Source: Gemmatimonadota bacterium (lineage in GTDB: Bacteria; Gemmatimonadota; Gemmatimonadetes; JACCXV01; JAHWKZ01). From it: 58,995 nucleotides of DNA. Under the pieces are notes generated by a model. The model was not told the origin of the DNA. It worked only from the letters and a program-made list of their open reading frames with translations, and did no database searches. A program made the translations under genes and the position numbers. Location of the stretch: positions 1 through 58,995 of the forward strand of contig JAHWKZ010000001.1 of the NCBI GenBank assembly GCA_019347645.1, in the 5' to 3' direction. This document shows positions 45,798 to 53,939 of the stretch, piece by piece (the first letter of the stretch is position 1; each line of letters opens with the position of its first letter).

Positions 45798-47191
45798 TCG
45801 TCCCCCGTCGGTCCCACCGGAGCGGGCGCGATCGGCTCCTTCAGCGCGTCGTCCCAGTCCCACGTCTCCGGCTCGCCGGTCGGGACCGGGGGCGGGGCCT
45901 CCGATGGCTGCACGATCCGCGGCGTCACGAGCACGAGCAGCTCGGTCCGATTCTCGCGGATCCCCTTGCTGCTGAAGAGCCTACCCAGGATCGGGATGTC
46001 TCCCAGGATCGGGAACTTGTCGACGTTCTCGGTGATCGAGTTGTCGAGGAGTCCTCCGATCGCGAACGTCTGGCCGTCCCGAAGCTCGACCTCGGTGGAG
46101 GCCCTCCGGCTCAGCAGGGTGGGGATCTGGAAGCCCGACAGCTGGAGACCGTTCGCGAAATCGAGGCTCGACACCTCCGGGGCGACGGTCAGCCGGATGT
46201 TCCCCGCGTTGGTGATGTGGGGCGTGAAGTTGAGCCGGACCCCGAACTCCTTGAACAGGATGGTGATGTTCGTGCCGCCCGCGGTCGCCTGCGGGACGGG
46301 ATAGGGGAACTCCCCGCCCGCCAGGAACGACGCCTCCTGCCCGTCCATGGCCAGGAGGTTGGGCTCGGCCAGGCTTCGGAACATCCCCTTCGCGGAGAGG
46401 GCCCGGATGAACGCCCCGACGCTCTCGCCCTCGTGGAACAGATAGAGGTTCACGACGTCGCTGAAGGTCTGCTCCGGCCCGACCGGGTCGTTGGCGAAGT
46501 TGCCCGCCGGCGGGGTGTGCTGGCCCGTGGAGAGGGCCCCCTCGTCGTCGCCCCGCGGGTTCAGCGGATCGAACCGGAGGATGTTGATCCCGTACTCCTT
46601 GATGGCGGTGCGGTTGACCTCCGCGAAGCGGACCTGGAGGAGGATCTGGTCGGGGGCCGGGACCTGCAGGTTGTCGATGACCGTCGCGCCGGTCGCCGCG
46701 GCGATCTCCAGCGCCCGTCGCGCCACCGAAGCCTCCTTCAGCGTACCCGACAGGATGTAGGTGTCGCCGCTGGCGGTGACGTCGATCCGCTCGTCGGGGA
46801 ACAGCGCCAGGAAGTGGCGCTCGAGGGCCTCGGCGTCGACGGTGACCTCCACCTCGTGGAGCCGCCGTGCCCCCACCTGATCCCACAGGACCAGGGTGGT
46901 GGTGCCGGTCTGCTTCCCATGGATCATCACCTCGGTCGGCGAGACGACGACCGCCTCGGCGACGTCGGCGTCGGCCACCGAGACCCGGCGCAGCGTGGTG
47001 CCGTTGGAGACCAGGGCGGCCTTGCCCACCGCGACGGTGACGGATCGATAGTCGGAGCCGGCGTCCTGACCGGCCACCGCCGGCGGCCGCGCCAGGCCAA
47101 ACGCGACGACGCCCAGGGCGAGCGCGACCAGGCGCGCCGGCCTCCGATGCCGATGGAGGCGGCCGCGAGTCCTACTCTCGTTGGTTTTCAT
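45794..47191 (-). CDS. cpaC: Flp pilus secretin CpaC/RcpA
   Basis: Signal peptide, BON-like region, and a secretin C-domain (EPNLLAMDGQEASFLAGGEFPYP, DKFPILGDIPILGRLFSS). GGGAGG RBS. Confidence 0.92.
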   Translation of the reverse strand: MKTNESRTRGRLHRHRRPARLVALALGVVAFGLARPPAVAGQDAGSDYRSVTVAVGKAALVSNGTTLRRVSVADADVAEAVVVSPTEVMIHGKQTGTTTLVLWDQVGARRLHEVEVTVDAEALERHFLALFPDERIDVTASGDTYILSGTLKEASVARRALEIAAATGATVIDNLQVPAPDQILLQVRFAEVNRTAIKEYGINILRFDPLNPRGDDEGALSTGQHTPPAGNFANDPVGPEQTFSDVVNLYLFHEGESVGAFIRALSAKGMFRSLAEPNLLAMDGQEASFLAGGEFPYPVPQATAGGTNITILFKEFGVRLNFTPHITNAGNIRLTVAPEVSSLDFANGLQLSGFQIPTLLSRRASTEVELRDGQTFAIGGLLDNSITENVDKFPILGDIPILGRLFSSKGIRENRTELLVLVTPRIVQPSEAPPPVPTGEPETWDWDDALKEPIAPAPVGPTGDE

Positions 47192-47203
47192 GCGGTTGCC
47201 TCC

Positions 47204-48031
47204 CTAGAAGGTGGTTTCGGTTCGCTTGTCGCCGTTGTACGTGACGATGGTGGTGCCCCGGCTGACCGGGGCCGACGAGCGGCGCGCGGTGCGCGGCGCG
47301 GGCGCCACCACGGCCGCGCCCACGAGCGTCTTGGCTTTCACGCCGTCGGTCTCGACCTCGGCCTGGTCGAGGGTATTGCGGAGCGCGAGCTGGATGCGAC
47401 CCTCGGTGGACGACAGCGTCAGCGTCTCGGCCTCCTCGGGCGAGACGAGGAGCGTGATGACGGTCACCGTCTGCGGCTCTCCGTCCACGTCCCGCTTGTA
47501 CTCCTGGCCGGCCGCCAGGACCTGGACGTTCTGAAGGACGAGCCGGCTGGCGGCCTCCTCCCGCTCGTTGGTCGGGTTCAGGGTCACCAGAACGTCGACG
47601 CGCGTGCCGGCCCTGATGAATCCGGCCACGCCGATGACTTCGTCGACCTTCACGCTCACCGCCCGCTTCCCCTCGGGGATCACGATCGGCAGGCCGCCGC
47701 CCTCCTCCTTCGTCGCGAGCTTCGCCGCCAGGAGAGGCTCGTTGGCCGACACGTGCTGGATCAGGCCCCGGCCGACGACCGCGTCCACCGTCCCCGCGTA
47801 TCCGGGCGGCACGAATCGCGCGGGCCAGTCCACGACCTTCACGTCCGCGGAGGTGAGCACGCGACCGAGCTCGAGGTCCCGCGCGGCCACGACCACCCGG
47901 GACGACTCGCTGGCGGTCGCCGCCTTCGGGCTCAACGGCCGGTCGAGATGGTTCAGCGCGAGCCAGCCCGCGGCGCCGCCCGACACGAGCGCCATCACGA
48001 GCGCGATCCACTTCCGACGCTTCCTTCTCAT
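47204..48031 (-). CDS. cpaB: Flp pilus assembly protein CpaB/RcpC
   Basis: MRRKRRKWIALVMALVSGGAAGW anchor, SAF-like VVVAARDLELGRVLTSADV. AGGAGGAG RBS. Confidence 0.88.
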   Translation of the reverse strand: MRRKRRKWIALVMALVSGGAAGWLALNHLDRPLSPKAATASESSRVVVAARDLELGRVLTSADVKVVDWPARFVPPGYAGTVDAVVGRGLIQHVSANEPLLAAKLATKEEGGGLPIVIPEGKRAVSVKVDEVIGVAGFIRAGTRVDVLVTLNPTNEREEAASRLVLQNVQVLAAGQEYKRDVDGEPQTVTVITLLVSPEEAETLTLSSTEGRIQLALRNTLDQAEVETDGVKAKTLVGAAVVAPAPRTARRSSAPVSRGTTIVTYNGDKRTETTF

Positions 48032-48053
48032 CGTTCTCCTCCTGCGTGGGCGT

Positions 48054-48503
48054 CTATTCGTTCCGCATCGTGACGGCGGTCGACAGGCTGATCGCCCCCG
48101 GGACCGTGGATGACTCCCCGAGCAGGGAGACGACCGGGCCCAGGAACGCGAACTCGTAGGGATATTCGATCTCCACCTGGCTCGGGGTGCCGACCCCGTT
48201 CCCCTGGCCGGTGATCGTGATCGTTCCCAGCGCGGGGTCGAGCGCGGCGTCGGCGAGATAGCTCTCGATCGTCGTGCGCACGTCCGACTCCGCGTTGGTC
48301 GGAATGACCGCGGCGCGAGCGCCCTCGCGGGCCGCGTTGGTGAGGACCTGGTAGACGTTCCAGGCGCGTCCCATCTCGAAGATGCCGACCAGCAGGGCCA
48401 GCAGGATCGGCAGGACGATCGCCAGCTCGACGAGCGACTGGCCGCGCTCGCCCCGTCCCTCGGGGCGCCGCGCGAGAAGGGTGTAGCCGCTCACGCCCAC
48501 CAC
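48054..48503 (-). CDS. tadE: TadE-like pseudopilin
   Basis: ERGQSLVELAIVLPILLALLVGIFEMGRAW TadE-type N-terminus. Several in-frame GTG starts at 48494-48503 overlap the cpaA stop. Confidence 0.85.
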   Translation of the reverse strand: MVGVSGYTLLARRPEGRGERGQSLVELAIVLPILLALLVGIFEMGRAWNVYQVLTNAAREGARAAVIPTNAESDVRTTIESYLADAALDPALGTITITGQGNGVGTPSQVEIEYPYEFAFLGPVVSLLGESSTVPGAISLSTAVTMRNE

Positions 48504-49000
48504 CCGACGAGCGCGCCGAGCGCGATCGCCACCCCGTAGGGGACGGCGAGCGCGCCCGGCGTCGCGAGTGTGCGGACGGGAACGGCGCCTCTCCCCGGCA
48601 GGACCCTCCGGACGAGGGCCCGGCAGTGAGCGAGGGTCTCGCCGATCGCGCCGTGGCGGGCGGCGAGGGTGATCGCCATCGCCCCACCCGCGACCGCGGT
48701 CACCAGAAGGACGACGGGAAGGCCGTCGATTCCGACGAACGCGCCCACGGCCGCCAGCAGCTTGGCGTCCCCGCCACCGAGCCCGCCCGCCAGGACGAGG
48801 GGCAGGGCCAGCGCCAGCGCCACTCCCGCGCCGAGGACGCCGACGGCGAACGCGTCCACGCCTTCCGGAACGCGCAGAGCCAGCCCGGCCACCAGGCCGG
48901 TCAGGGTGAGCGCGTTCGGGATGCGTCGGCTCGCGACGTCGGTCGCGACGGCGGCCGCCACCAGGGCGACGAGAAGGAGGGTCTGGAGCGCGTCGGTCAT
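48491..49000 (-). CDS. cpaA: prepilin peptidase CpaA/TadV (A24 family)
   Basis: Inner ATG at 49000: MTDALQTLLLVALVAAAVATDVASRRIPNALT and GGLGGGDAKLLAAVGAFVG. Confidence 0.85.
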   Translation of the reverse strand: MTDALQTLLLVALVAAAVATDVASRRIPNALTLTGLVAGLALRVPEGVDAFAVGVLGAGVALALALPLVLAGGLGGGDAKLLAAVGAFVGIDGLPVVLLVTAVAGGAMAITLAARHGAIGETLAHCRALVRRVLPGRGAVPVRTLATPGALAVPYGVAIALGALVGWWA

Positions 49001-49031
49001 GGGCCCGATCTTCGTGCGAGGGGAAAGAGTG

Positions 49032-49066
49032 GATCGGGGCCCGCTCCCCCGAGACGAACCCCGATC
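49032..49066 (-). terminator. 8-bp hairpin after the pilin genes (possible partial terminator)
   Basis: GATCGGGG (49032-49039) pairs with CCCCGATC (49059-49066), about 30 nt after the flp stop and followed on the minus strand by CACUCUUUCCCC. Confidence 0.3.
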
Positions 49067-49095
49067 CTTTGTCGCGGCCTGAACGGGCGCTCCGG

Positions 49096-49263
49096 TTAGC
49101 CGAGCGCCGCAGCGATGTTTTCGAAGACGGTCATGATGTTCCCGCCCAGCAGGGTGACCGCCGCGATCACCACGATGGCGATCAACGCGATCAGCAGGGC
49201 GTACTCGGCGAGGTCCTGACCGGCCTCGTCGTTCCACAGGGCGTTCCAGAGTAGTGCCAGCAT
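49096..49263 (-). CDS. flp: Flp family type IVb pilin (downstream copy, 55 aa)
   Basis: GGAGGAAACGCA-ATG. MLALLWNALWNDEAG-QDLAEYALLIALIAIVVIAAV has the Flp G/xxxxEY processing motif plus a hydrophobic helix. Confidence 0.9.
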   Translation of the reverse strand: MLALLWNALWNDEAGQDLAEYALLIALIAIVVIAAVTLLGGNIMTVFENIAAALG

Positions 49264-49307
49264 TGCGTTTCCTCCCCGGCGCTCAGGCCGCGTTGGGGTG
49301 TCTGAGA

Positions 49308-49517
49308 TCAGCTGAACGGCAACGTGGCGACGATGTCGTTGTACATCGCCACGAGCGCGTCGCCGAACAGGGCGACGGCGCCCACCACGACGAGCGCGAT
49401 GAGCCCGATCAGGATCGCGTATTCCGCGAGGTCCTGACCGTCCTCGTTCCGCCGATCTCCCGGCGCGTCCCGCGACGGGGTGCAGTCCTGGATCTCGAGC
49501 GGAGCTCGCTGGCTCAT
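49308..49517 (-). CDS. flp: Flp family type IVb pilin (upstream copy, 69 aa, long leader)
   Basis: GAGGAAACG-ATG. MSQRAPLEIQDCTPSRDAPGDRRNEDG-QDLAEYAILIGLIALVVVGAV. Confidence 0.85.
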   Translation of the reverse strand: MSQRAPLEIQDCTPSRDAPGDRRNEDGQDLAEYAILIGLIALVVVGAVALFGDALVAMYNDIVATLPFS

Positions 49518-49930
49518 CGTTTCCTCGTTCGGAGGTCGTGATGTCTGCCGGTGACCGCGGGAAGAAGGAGCATCGGCCGTACCGAACCGGCCGGGCCCGA
49601 TCGAGAGGTCGGGCCGGGTCGAAGAGGCGATTTGGAGCCGCGAGCGGGCGGGCGGGAAGAGGCGGCGAGATCGCATCGGAAGGACGTTGCCGCGACGGAA
49701 AGGGTCTTCCATCGGCGAGGAACTTCGGTACCGATCCGGCGTCGGCCGACGGGAGCGGACGCGGGGGCATGGCTCCGTCGAAGATCCTGCGTCCTTCCGT
49801 GCAACCGGCTCGGAGCACTGTACTTAGGAGACTTTTGGACGGTATTCTGCCGATCCGGCTTGCATTCTGCCGGCTTCGGGGTGCCACGGGAGGGTCCAAG
49901 GGGCGCGTCGGGCTGCGCGGCGGCGGCCGC

Positions 49931-50929
49931 TCAGGCCTCGATCTCGTACCGTTTGACCTTGTTGAGGAGGGACTTGTAGCTGATCTCGAGGTCGGCGGCT
50001 GCCCGCTTCTTGTTCCACTTCGCCGCCTGGAGCGCGCGTTCGATCGCCTGCGACTCGATCCGGGCGACTACCCGGGCCACCATCTGCTTGAGGGGCAGGC
50101 CGGAGTCGAGGATCTCCTCATCGGTGGAGCCACCCGGTCCTTTCTTGCTGCCCAGCTCCTCGCGGATCGTTTCCTCGTCTTCGATCACCAGGAAGCGCCG
50201 GATCACCCGCTCGAGCTCGCGGACGTTGCCCGGCCAGCGGTACCCCTGCAGGAACTTGACGAACCCGGTCCGCAGGACGCGGATCTTCGAACCGTAGAAC
50301 GTGCCGTACTTCTGAAGGATGTGGTTGGCGAGCAGCGGGACGTCCTCCGGACGGTCGCGCAGCGGCGGGACCTCGATCCGAACGGCTCCACCGACCGCCC
50401 CCCACTCCTTCTCGAGCTTGTCGAGCGCGGAGTTTCCTAGCGACGGCTGCTCGCAGGAGAGGACGAACCGCGGCTCCGAGCCGTCCGCGGCGCGCTGACG
50501 CTTCCACTCGCGCAGCCGCTCGCTCAGCTCTGCGGGAAGGGATTCGATGCCGTGGATGTAGAGGGTGCCCCCGCCGACCGCCTCGAGCTTGCCGCCGTCA
50601 CCGCCGTCGAACAGCTCCCTTTCGATCGCGGCGCTCGGGATCGCGTAGCAGTTGAGCGAGGCGAGGGGACGCGAGGCCCGACTCGAGAGATCGTGGATCC
50701 CGCGGGCGAGGATCTCCTTGCCGACGCCGCGCTCGCCGCACAGCACCACGGTCAGCGAAGTATCGGCCACCTGGCCGAGGCGCTCGCGCGCGGCGATCAC
50801 GCGCTCGTCGACGCTCAGCAGGAAGTTCGGATGACCGCCGATCTCCCAGTAGGCGGACGCCGGGGGGTCGGGGCTACCGTCCGTTCGCGCGGGGGATGCG
50901 GGCTCGGCAGTCACGGCGCGGCTAGACAA
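49931..50929 (-). CDS. sigma54-activator-like AAA+/Fis-HTH regulator lacking a GAFTGA loop and the Walker B acidic pair
   Basis: VVLCGERGVGKE Walker A, VPPLRDRPEDVPLLANHIL, PGNVRELERV, and a C-terminal IERALQAAKWNKKRAAADLEISYKSLLNKVKRY HTH. There is no receiver domain. TTG start at 50929, or GTG at 50914. Confidence 0.8.
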   Translation of the reverse strand: MSSRAVTAEPASPARTDGSPDPPASAYWEIGGHPNFLLSVDERVIAARERLGQVADTSLTVVLCGERGVGKEILARGIHDLSSRASRPLASLNCYAIPSAAIERELFDGGDGGKLEAVGGGTLYIHGIESLPAELSERLREWKRQRAADGSEPRFVLSCEQPSLGNSALDKLEKEWGAVGGAVRIEVPPLRDRPEDVPLLANHILQKYGTFYGSKIRVLRTGFVKFLQGYRWPGNVRELERVIRRFLVIEDEETIREELGSKKGPGGSTDEEILDSGLPLKQMVARVVARIESQAIERALQAAKWNKKRAAADLEISYKSLLNKVKRYEIEA

Positions 50930-50972
50930 TGCAATCCCCGTACCACCTGAACTCCCGGGGGCGATCAGCGGA

Positions 50973-51860
50973 TCAGCGGGGGCCGCGCGACAACAGGACG
51001 TCGGCGTGGCGATCGGCTTCGAAGGCTCCCAGAAACTCTCGTCCCGCGGTCGGGCGACCGCCGAAGAGGTGCAGTGCTCCGGCCACGAACGCGCTATCGG
51101 GATCCCCGTCCGCGGCTCGCCGGAGGGAAGCCTCCAGGACCGTCACGAGGCGCGCCTCGTCCCCCCACAGCCGACTCCACCCCAGGTCCAGCGGCAGCCA
51201 GGCCGGCCATCGGTCGACGCTCTGGCGCCACGCCTGGGCGGCGGCCGCGTCCTCCCCCATTCCGGCGAGCGCCGCACCCAGGCCCAGGTATCCGTGGGGC
51301 AGCTCGGGCGCGGCGACGGTCGCCCTCCGATACGCCGTGGCCGCGTCCAGCTCGCGGCCTTCGAGCATCGCGCGGTCGCCCCGGCGGATCCACCCCGCCG
51401 CCTCGGCGATGCGGCCGTCCTTCCTCAGCGCGGTCCATGCCGAACGATACCGGTCGAAGATCCACCCGTCGTAGGCGTACAGACCCCATGGAGAGAAGAA
51501 CGGGTGCGGCTCCACCCTGGGGACGAGCCCGGCCGCCGCGAACCAGCTCGACCAACGGTCGACGCCGTACGCGTGGGCCGGTCCGATCCCGATCCAGTGC
51601 GGCTGCCACCTCGCCGCGACTTCCATCCACGCGGTCGGGAGCACGGCCGCACGAGCGCGGGCTGCGTCGGCGGTGGCGGCCCGGCTGGAGGCCTCGGGGA
51701 GAGGCATGACGCCCTCCTCGAGGGACTTCTCCCGGGTCTCTCGCTCGACCTCGCTCGATCCGATCGCCGGGCTCAGCGGCCGCACGTCCTGGGCGATCGC
51801 CGGGACCCGCGGGAATCCCACGAGCCCGAGCGCCACGACTGCGATCCAGGTCTTTGGCAT
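50973..51860 (-). CDS. secreted hypothetical protein with TPR-like C-terminal region
   Basis: MPKTWIAVVALGLVGFPRVPAIAQD signal; GGAGG RBS; helical-repeat-like C-terminal half. Confidence 0.5.
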   Translation of the reverse strand: MPKTWIAVVALGLVGFPRVPAIAQDVRPLSPAIGSSEVERETREKSLEEGVMPLPEASSRAATADAARARAAVLPTAWMEVAARWQPHWIGIGPAHAYGVDRWSSWFAAAGLVPRVEPHPFFSPWGLYAYDGWIFDRYRSAWTALRKDGRIAEAAGWIRRGDRAMLEGRELDAATAYRRATVAAPELPHGYLGLGAALAGMGEDAAAAQAWRQSVDRWPAWLPLDLGWSRLWGDEARLVTVLEASLRRAADGDPDSAFVAGALHLFGGRPTAGREFLGAFEADRHADVLLSRGPR

Positions 51861-51892
51861 CCCCCGACCTCCGCTCCTATCTTAGGTTGCCC

Positions 51893-52651
51893 ATGTGTCC
51901 CCTTCCACTCCTTCCCGTCCTCGCGGCGCTCGTCGCGTCGCTCGCGACGGGATGCGGAGGGGTCGAGGAGGACCGACCCCAGCCGGATCCCGAAGACGCC
52001 GGGGAAGAGATCGCGACGATCCCGTTCGCCGAGCGTGGCCTGGCCCGAGACGATTTCCTCCTCGTCTCGGGGGCGGGCGATACGATGCGCTTCACCACCG
52101 TGGCCGGAGACGGGCCGCGAATCCGCCTCGTTCGCACCCTCCGGACGCCGAGCGGCACCGACAGCATCGCGGCGCTGATCGACGCCCGCACCAAGGAACC
52201 GGTCGCCTCCTACCAGCGCCGATTCGCCGACGACGGCGACGTCATCGTCGCCCACGTCTCGTACGGGACCGGCTTCGAAGGCCAGGCCCGGCTCAGGCTG
52301 ACCACCCCCCGGGGATCGGGAAGCGAGAACCTTCGAACTCCCTCTCCGGTCCTCGACGCCGCTCAGCTCCCCCAGACCTTCTCCGCGCTCGACTTCTCGC
52401 GCCCCGACACCATCTCGTTCAACTACGTCGCTCCCTTCGAGAAGAGGGCGCTGGCCGCGCGCGTCGAGATCGGCGGCCTCGACACCCTCCGCATCGATGA
52501 TGGAGCGATTCCGGCCCATCGGATCACGATCCGGGTCTCGGGCCTGGTCGAGCGCGCGTGGTTCGCCGCTCCACCCGGCGGTTTCCGCCTGCTGCGGTAC
52601 GAGGAGTCGACGCGCGGCGTGACGTGGAGCCGCCCTTCGGCTCCCGAATGA
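51893..52651 (+). CDS. hypothetical lipoprotein
   Basis: MCPLPLLPVLAALVASLATGCGG lipoprotein signal (an alternative TTG start lies at 51854). Its stop overlaps the next ATG (ATGA). Confidence 0.55.
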   Translation: MCPLPLLPVLAALVASLATGCGGVEEDRPQPDPEDAGEEIATIPFAERGLARDDFLLVSGAGDTMRFTTVAGDGPRIRLVRTLRTPSGTDSIAALIDARTKEPVASYQRRFADDGDVIVAHVSYGTGFEGQARLRLTTPRGSGSENLRTPSPVLDAAQLPQTFSALDFSRPDTISFNYVAPFEKRALAARVEIGGLDTLRIDDGAIPAHRITIRVSGLVERAWFAAPPGGFRLLRYEESTRGVTWSRPSAPE

Positions 52652-53880
52652 CCTCGCTTCGTCGAGCCGCCGCGGCCCTCGTGGTCGCCGCCACTCTCGC
52701 CTCGCCGGGGCCGCTGCCGGCCCAGCAGAGGGCTCCCGCGTCGCTGGTCGCCGCCGCGCGGGCGGTGACCCTGGAAATCGCCGGACTGCGGGGCCTCGCC
52801 GTCCGCGAGCCGGTCGACTTTCGAGTGAGCGACCGGGCGACGATCCGCGCGTACGCCCGCGCCTCCCTGGAGCGCGAGATGCCCGCGGGGCGATGGGCCG
52901 CTTACGAGGCGCTTCTCTCGCACACCGGGCTCGTCCCCGACACGGTGGAGCTCTCCGACCTCGTCCTCTCGCTCTACACCGAACAGATCGCGGGCTACTA
53001 CGATCCGGCCAGGAAAACGTTCTATCTGGCGGATTGGTTGCCCCGACTCCTCCAACGGGCGGTGGTCGCGCACGAGGCCACCCATGCGCTGCAGGATCAG
53101 CACTTCGATCTGGATCGCTGGCTGAGCGAGCTCTCGCCGACGGAGGACGGGGCGCTCGCGCGCGCCGCCGTCGCGGAAGGGGACGCCATGGCCACGATGC
53201 TCGCCTACCTGCTGGTCCCGACGGGAGCCTCGCTGGACGACCTCCCGGGGGTGGGCGAGCTGCTGCGTCGGAACGCCGGGGCGAGCCGGGCGGCGTTTCC
53301 GACGTTCGACGCGGCGCCCCGGGCGCTCCAACGGCTGCTCCTCTTCCCGTACGTGGAGGGAGCGGACTTCGTCCTCGCATCGCGGCGGCGCGGGGGCTGG
53401 AGGGCGGTCGATCGACTCTACCGGGAGCCGCCGGAATCCAGCGAGCAGATCCTCCATCCCGAGCTCTACTGGGAGACCCGGGACGACCCGCGGGCGGTGG
53501 AACCACCCACCGGCGCGCCCGGGGACTCGCTCCTGACGTCGGGGTCGTGGGGCGAGTTCGGCCTCTCTCTCGTGCTCGAGGCCGCGCTGGAGGATTCCAC
53601 CGACGCCCGCGAGGCCGCCCGCGGCTGGGACGGCGATCGCTACGCCTTGTGGCGCGCCCCGGACGGAGCGCTCGCCTATCGCTGGTCGCTGGTCTGGGAC
53701 TCGACGGATGCGGCCGAGCGCTTCGCCGAAGCCTACGCCCGGGCGACCGTAGCTCGCTTCCCCGGGTCCGCTCGCTTCACGACCGGAGAGGGACGCTTCG
53801 AGTTCGAGGGGTCGGGGCGGGCCCTGGACTTGACGTGGAGCGGGGACCGCGTCGAGGTTCGGGAGCACTCCGCGCCATAG
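52648..53880 (+). CDS. secreted HExxH metallopeptidase-like protein (MA-clan-like)
   Basis: MTSLRRAAAALVVAATLASPGPLPAQQ signal, then VVAHEATHALQDQH followed by AVAEGDAMA (a candidate third ligand Glu). Confidence 0.55.
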   Translation: MTSLRRAAAALVVAATLASPGPLPAQQRAPASLVAAARAVTLEIAGLRGLAVREPVDFRVSDRATIRAYARASLEREMPAGRWAAYEALLSHTGLVPDTVELSDLVLSLYTEQIAGYYDPARKTFYLADWLPRLLQRAVVAHEATHALQDQHFDLDRWLSELSPTEDGALARAAVAEGDAMATMLAYLLVPTGASLDDLPGVGELLRRNAGASRAAFPTFDAAPRALQRLLLFPYVEGADFVLASRRRGGWRAVDRLYREPPESSEQILHPELYWETRDDPRAVEPPTGAPGDSLLTSGSWGEFGLSLVLEAALEDSTDAREAARGWDGDRYALWRAPDGALAYRWSLVWDSTDAAERFAEAYARATVARFPGSARFTTGEGRFEFEGSGRALDLTWSGDRVEVREHSAP

Positions 53881-53939
53881 TGATGTTGAACGTTCCGGGG
53901 ATCTTCCGCGTCCACACGAACGAGATCAGACTCCCAGTG

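Noticed and set aside
49872-49886. Sigma54 promoter upstream of flp (minus strand TGGCACCCCGAAGCC).
   Set aside because: The -24 half is perfect, but the -12 GC is displaced by one base and lacks the TT. The adjacent regulator also lacks GAFTGA. Kept only as a note inside a finding, not called as a feature.
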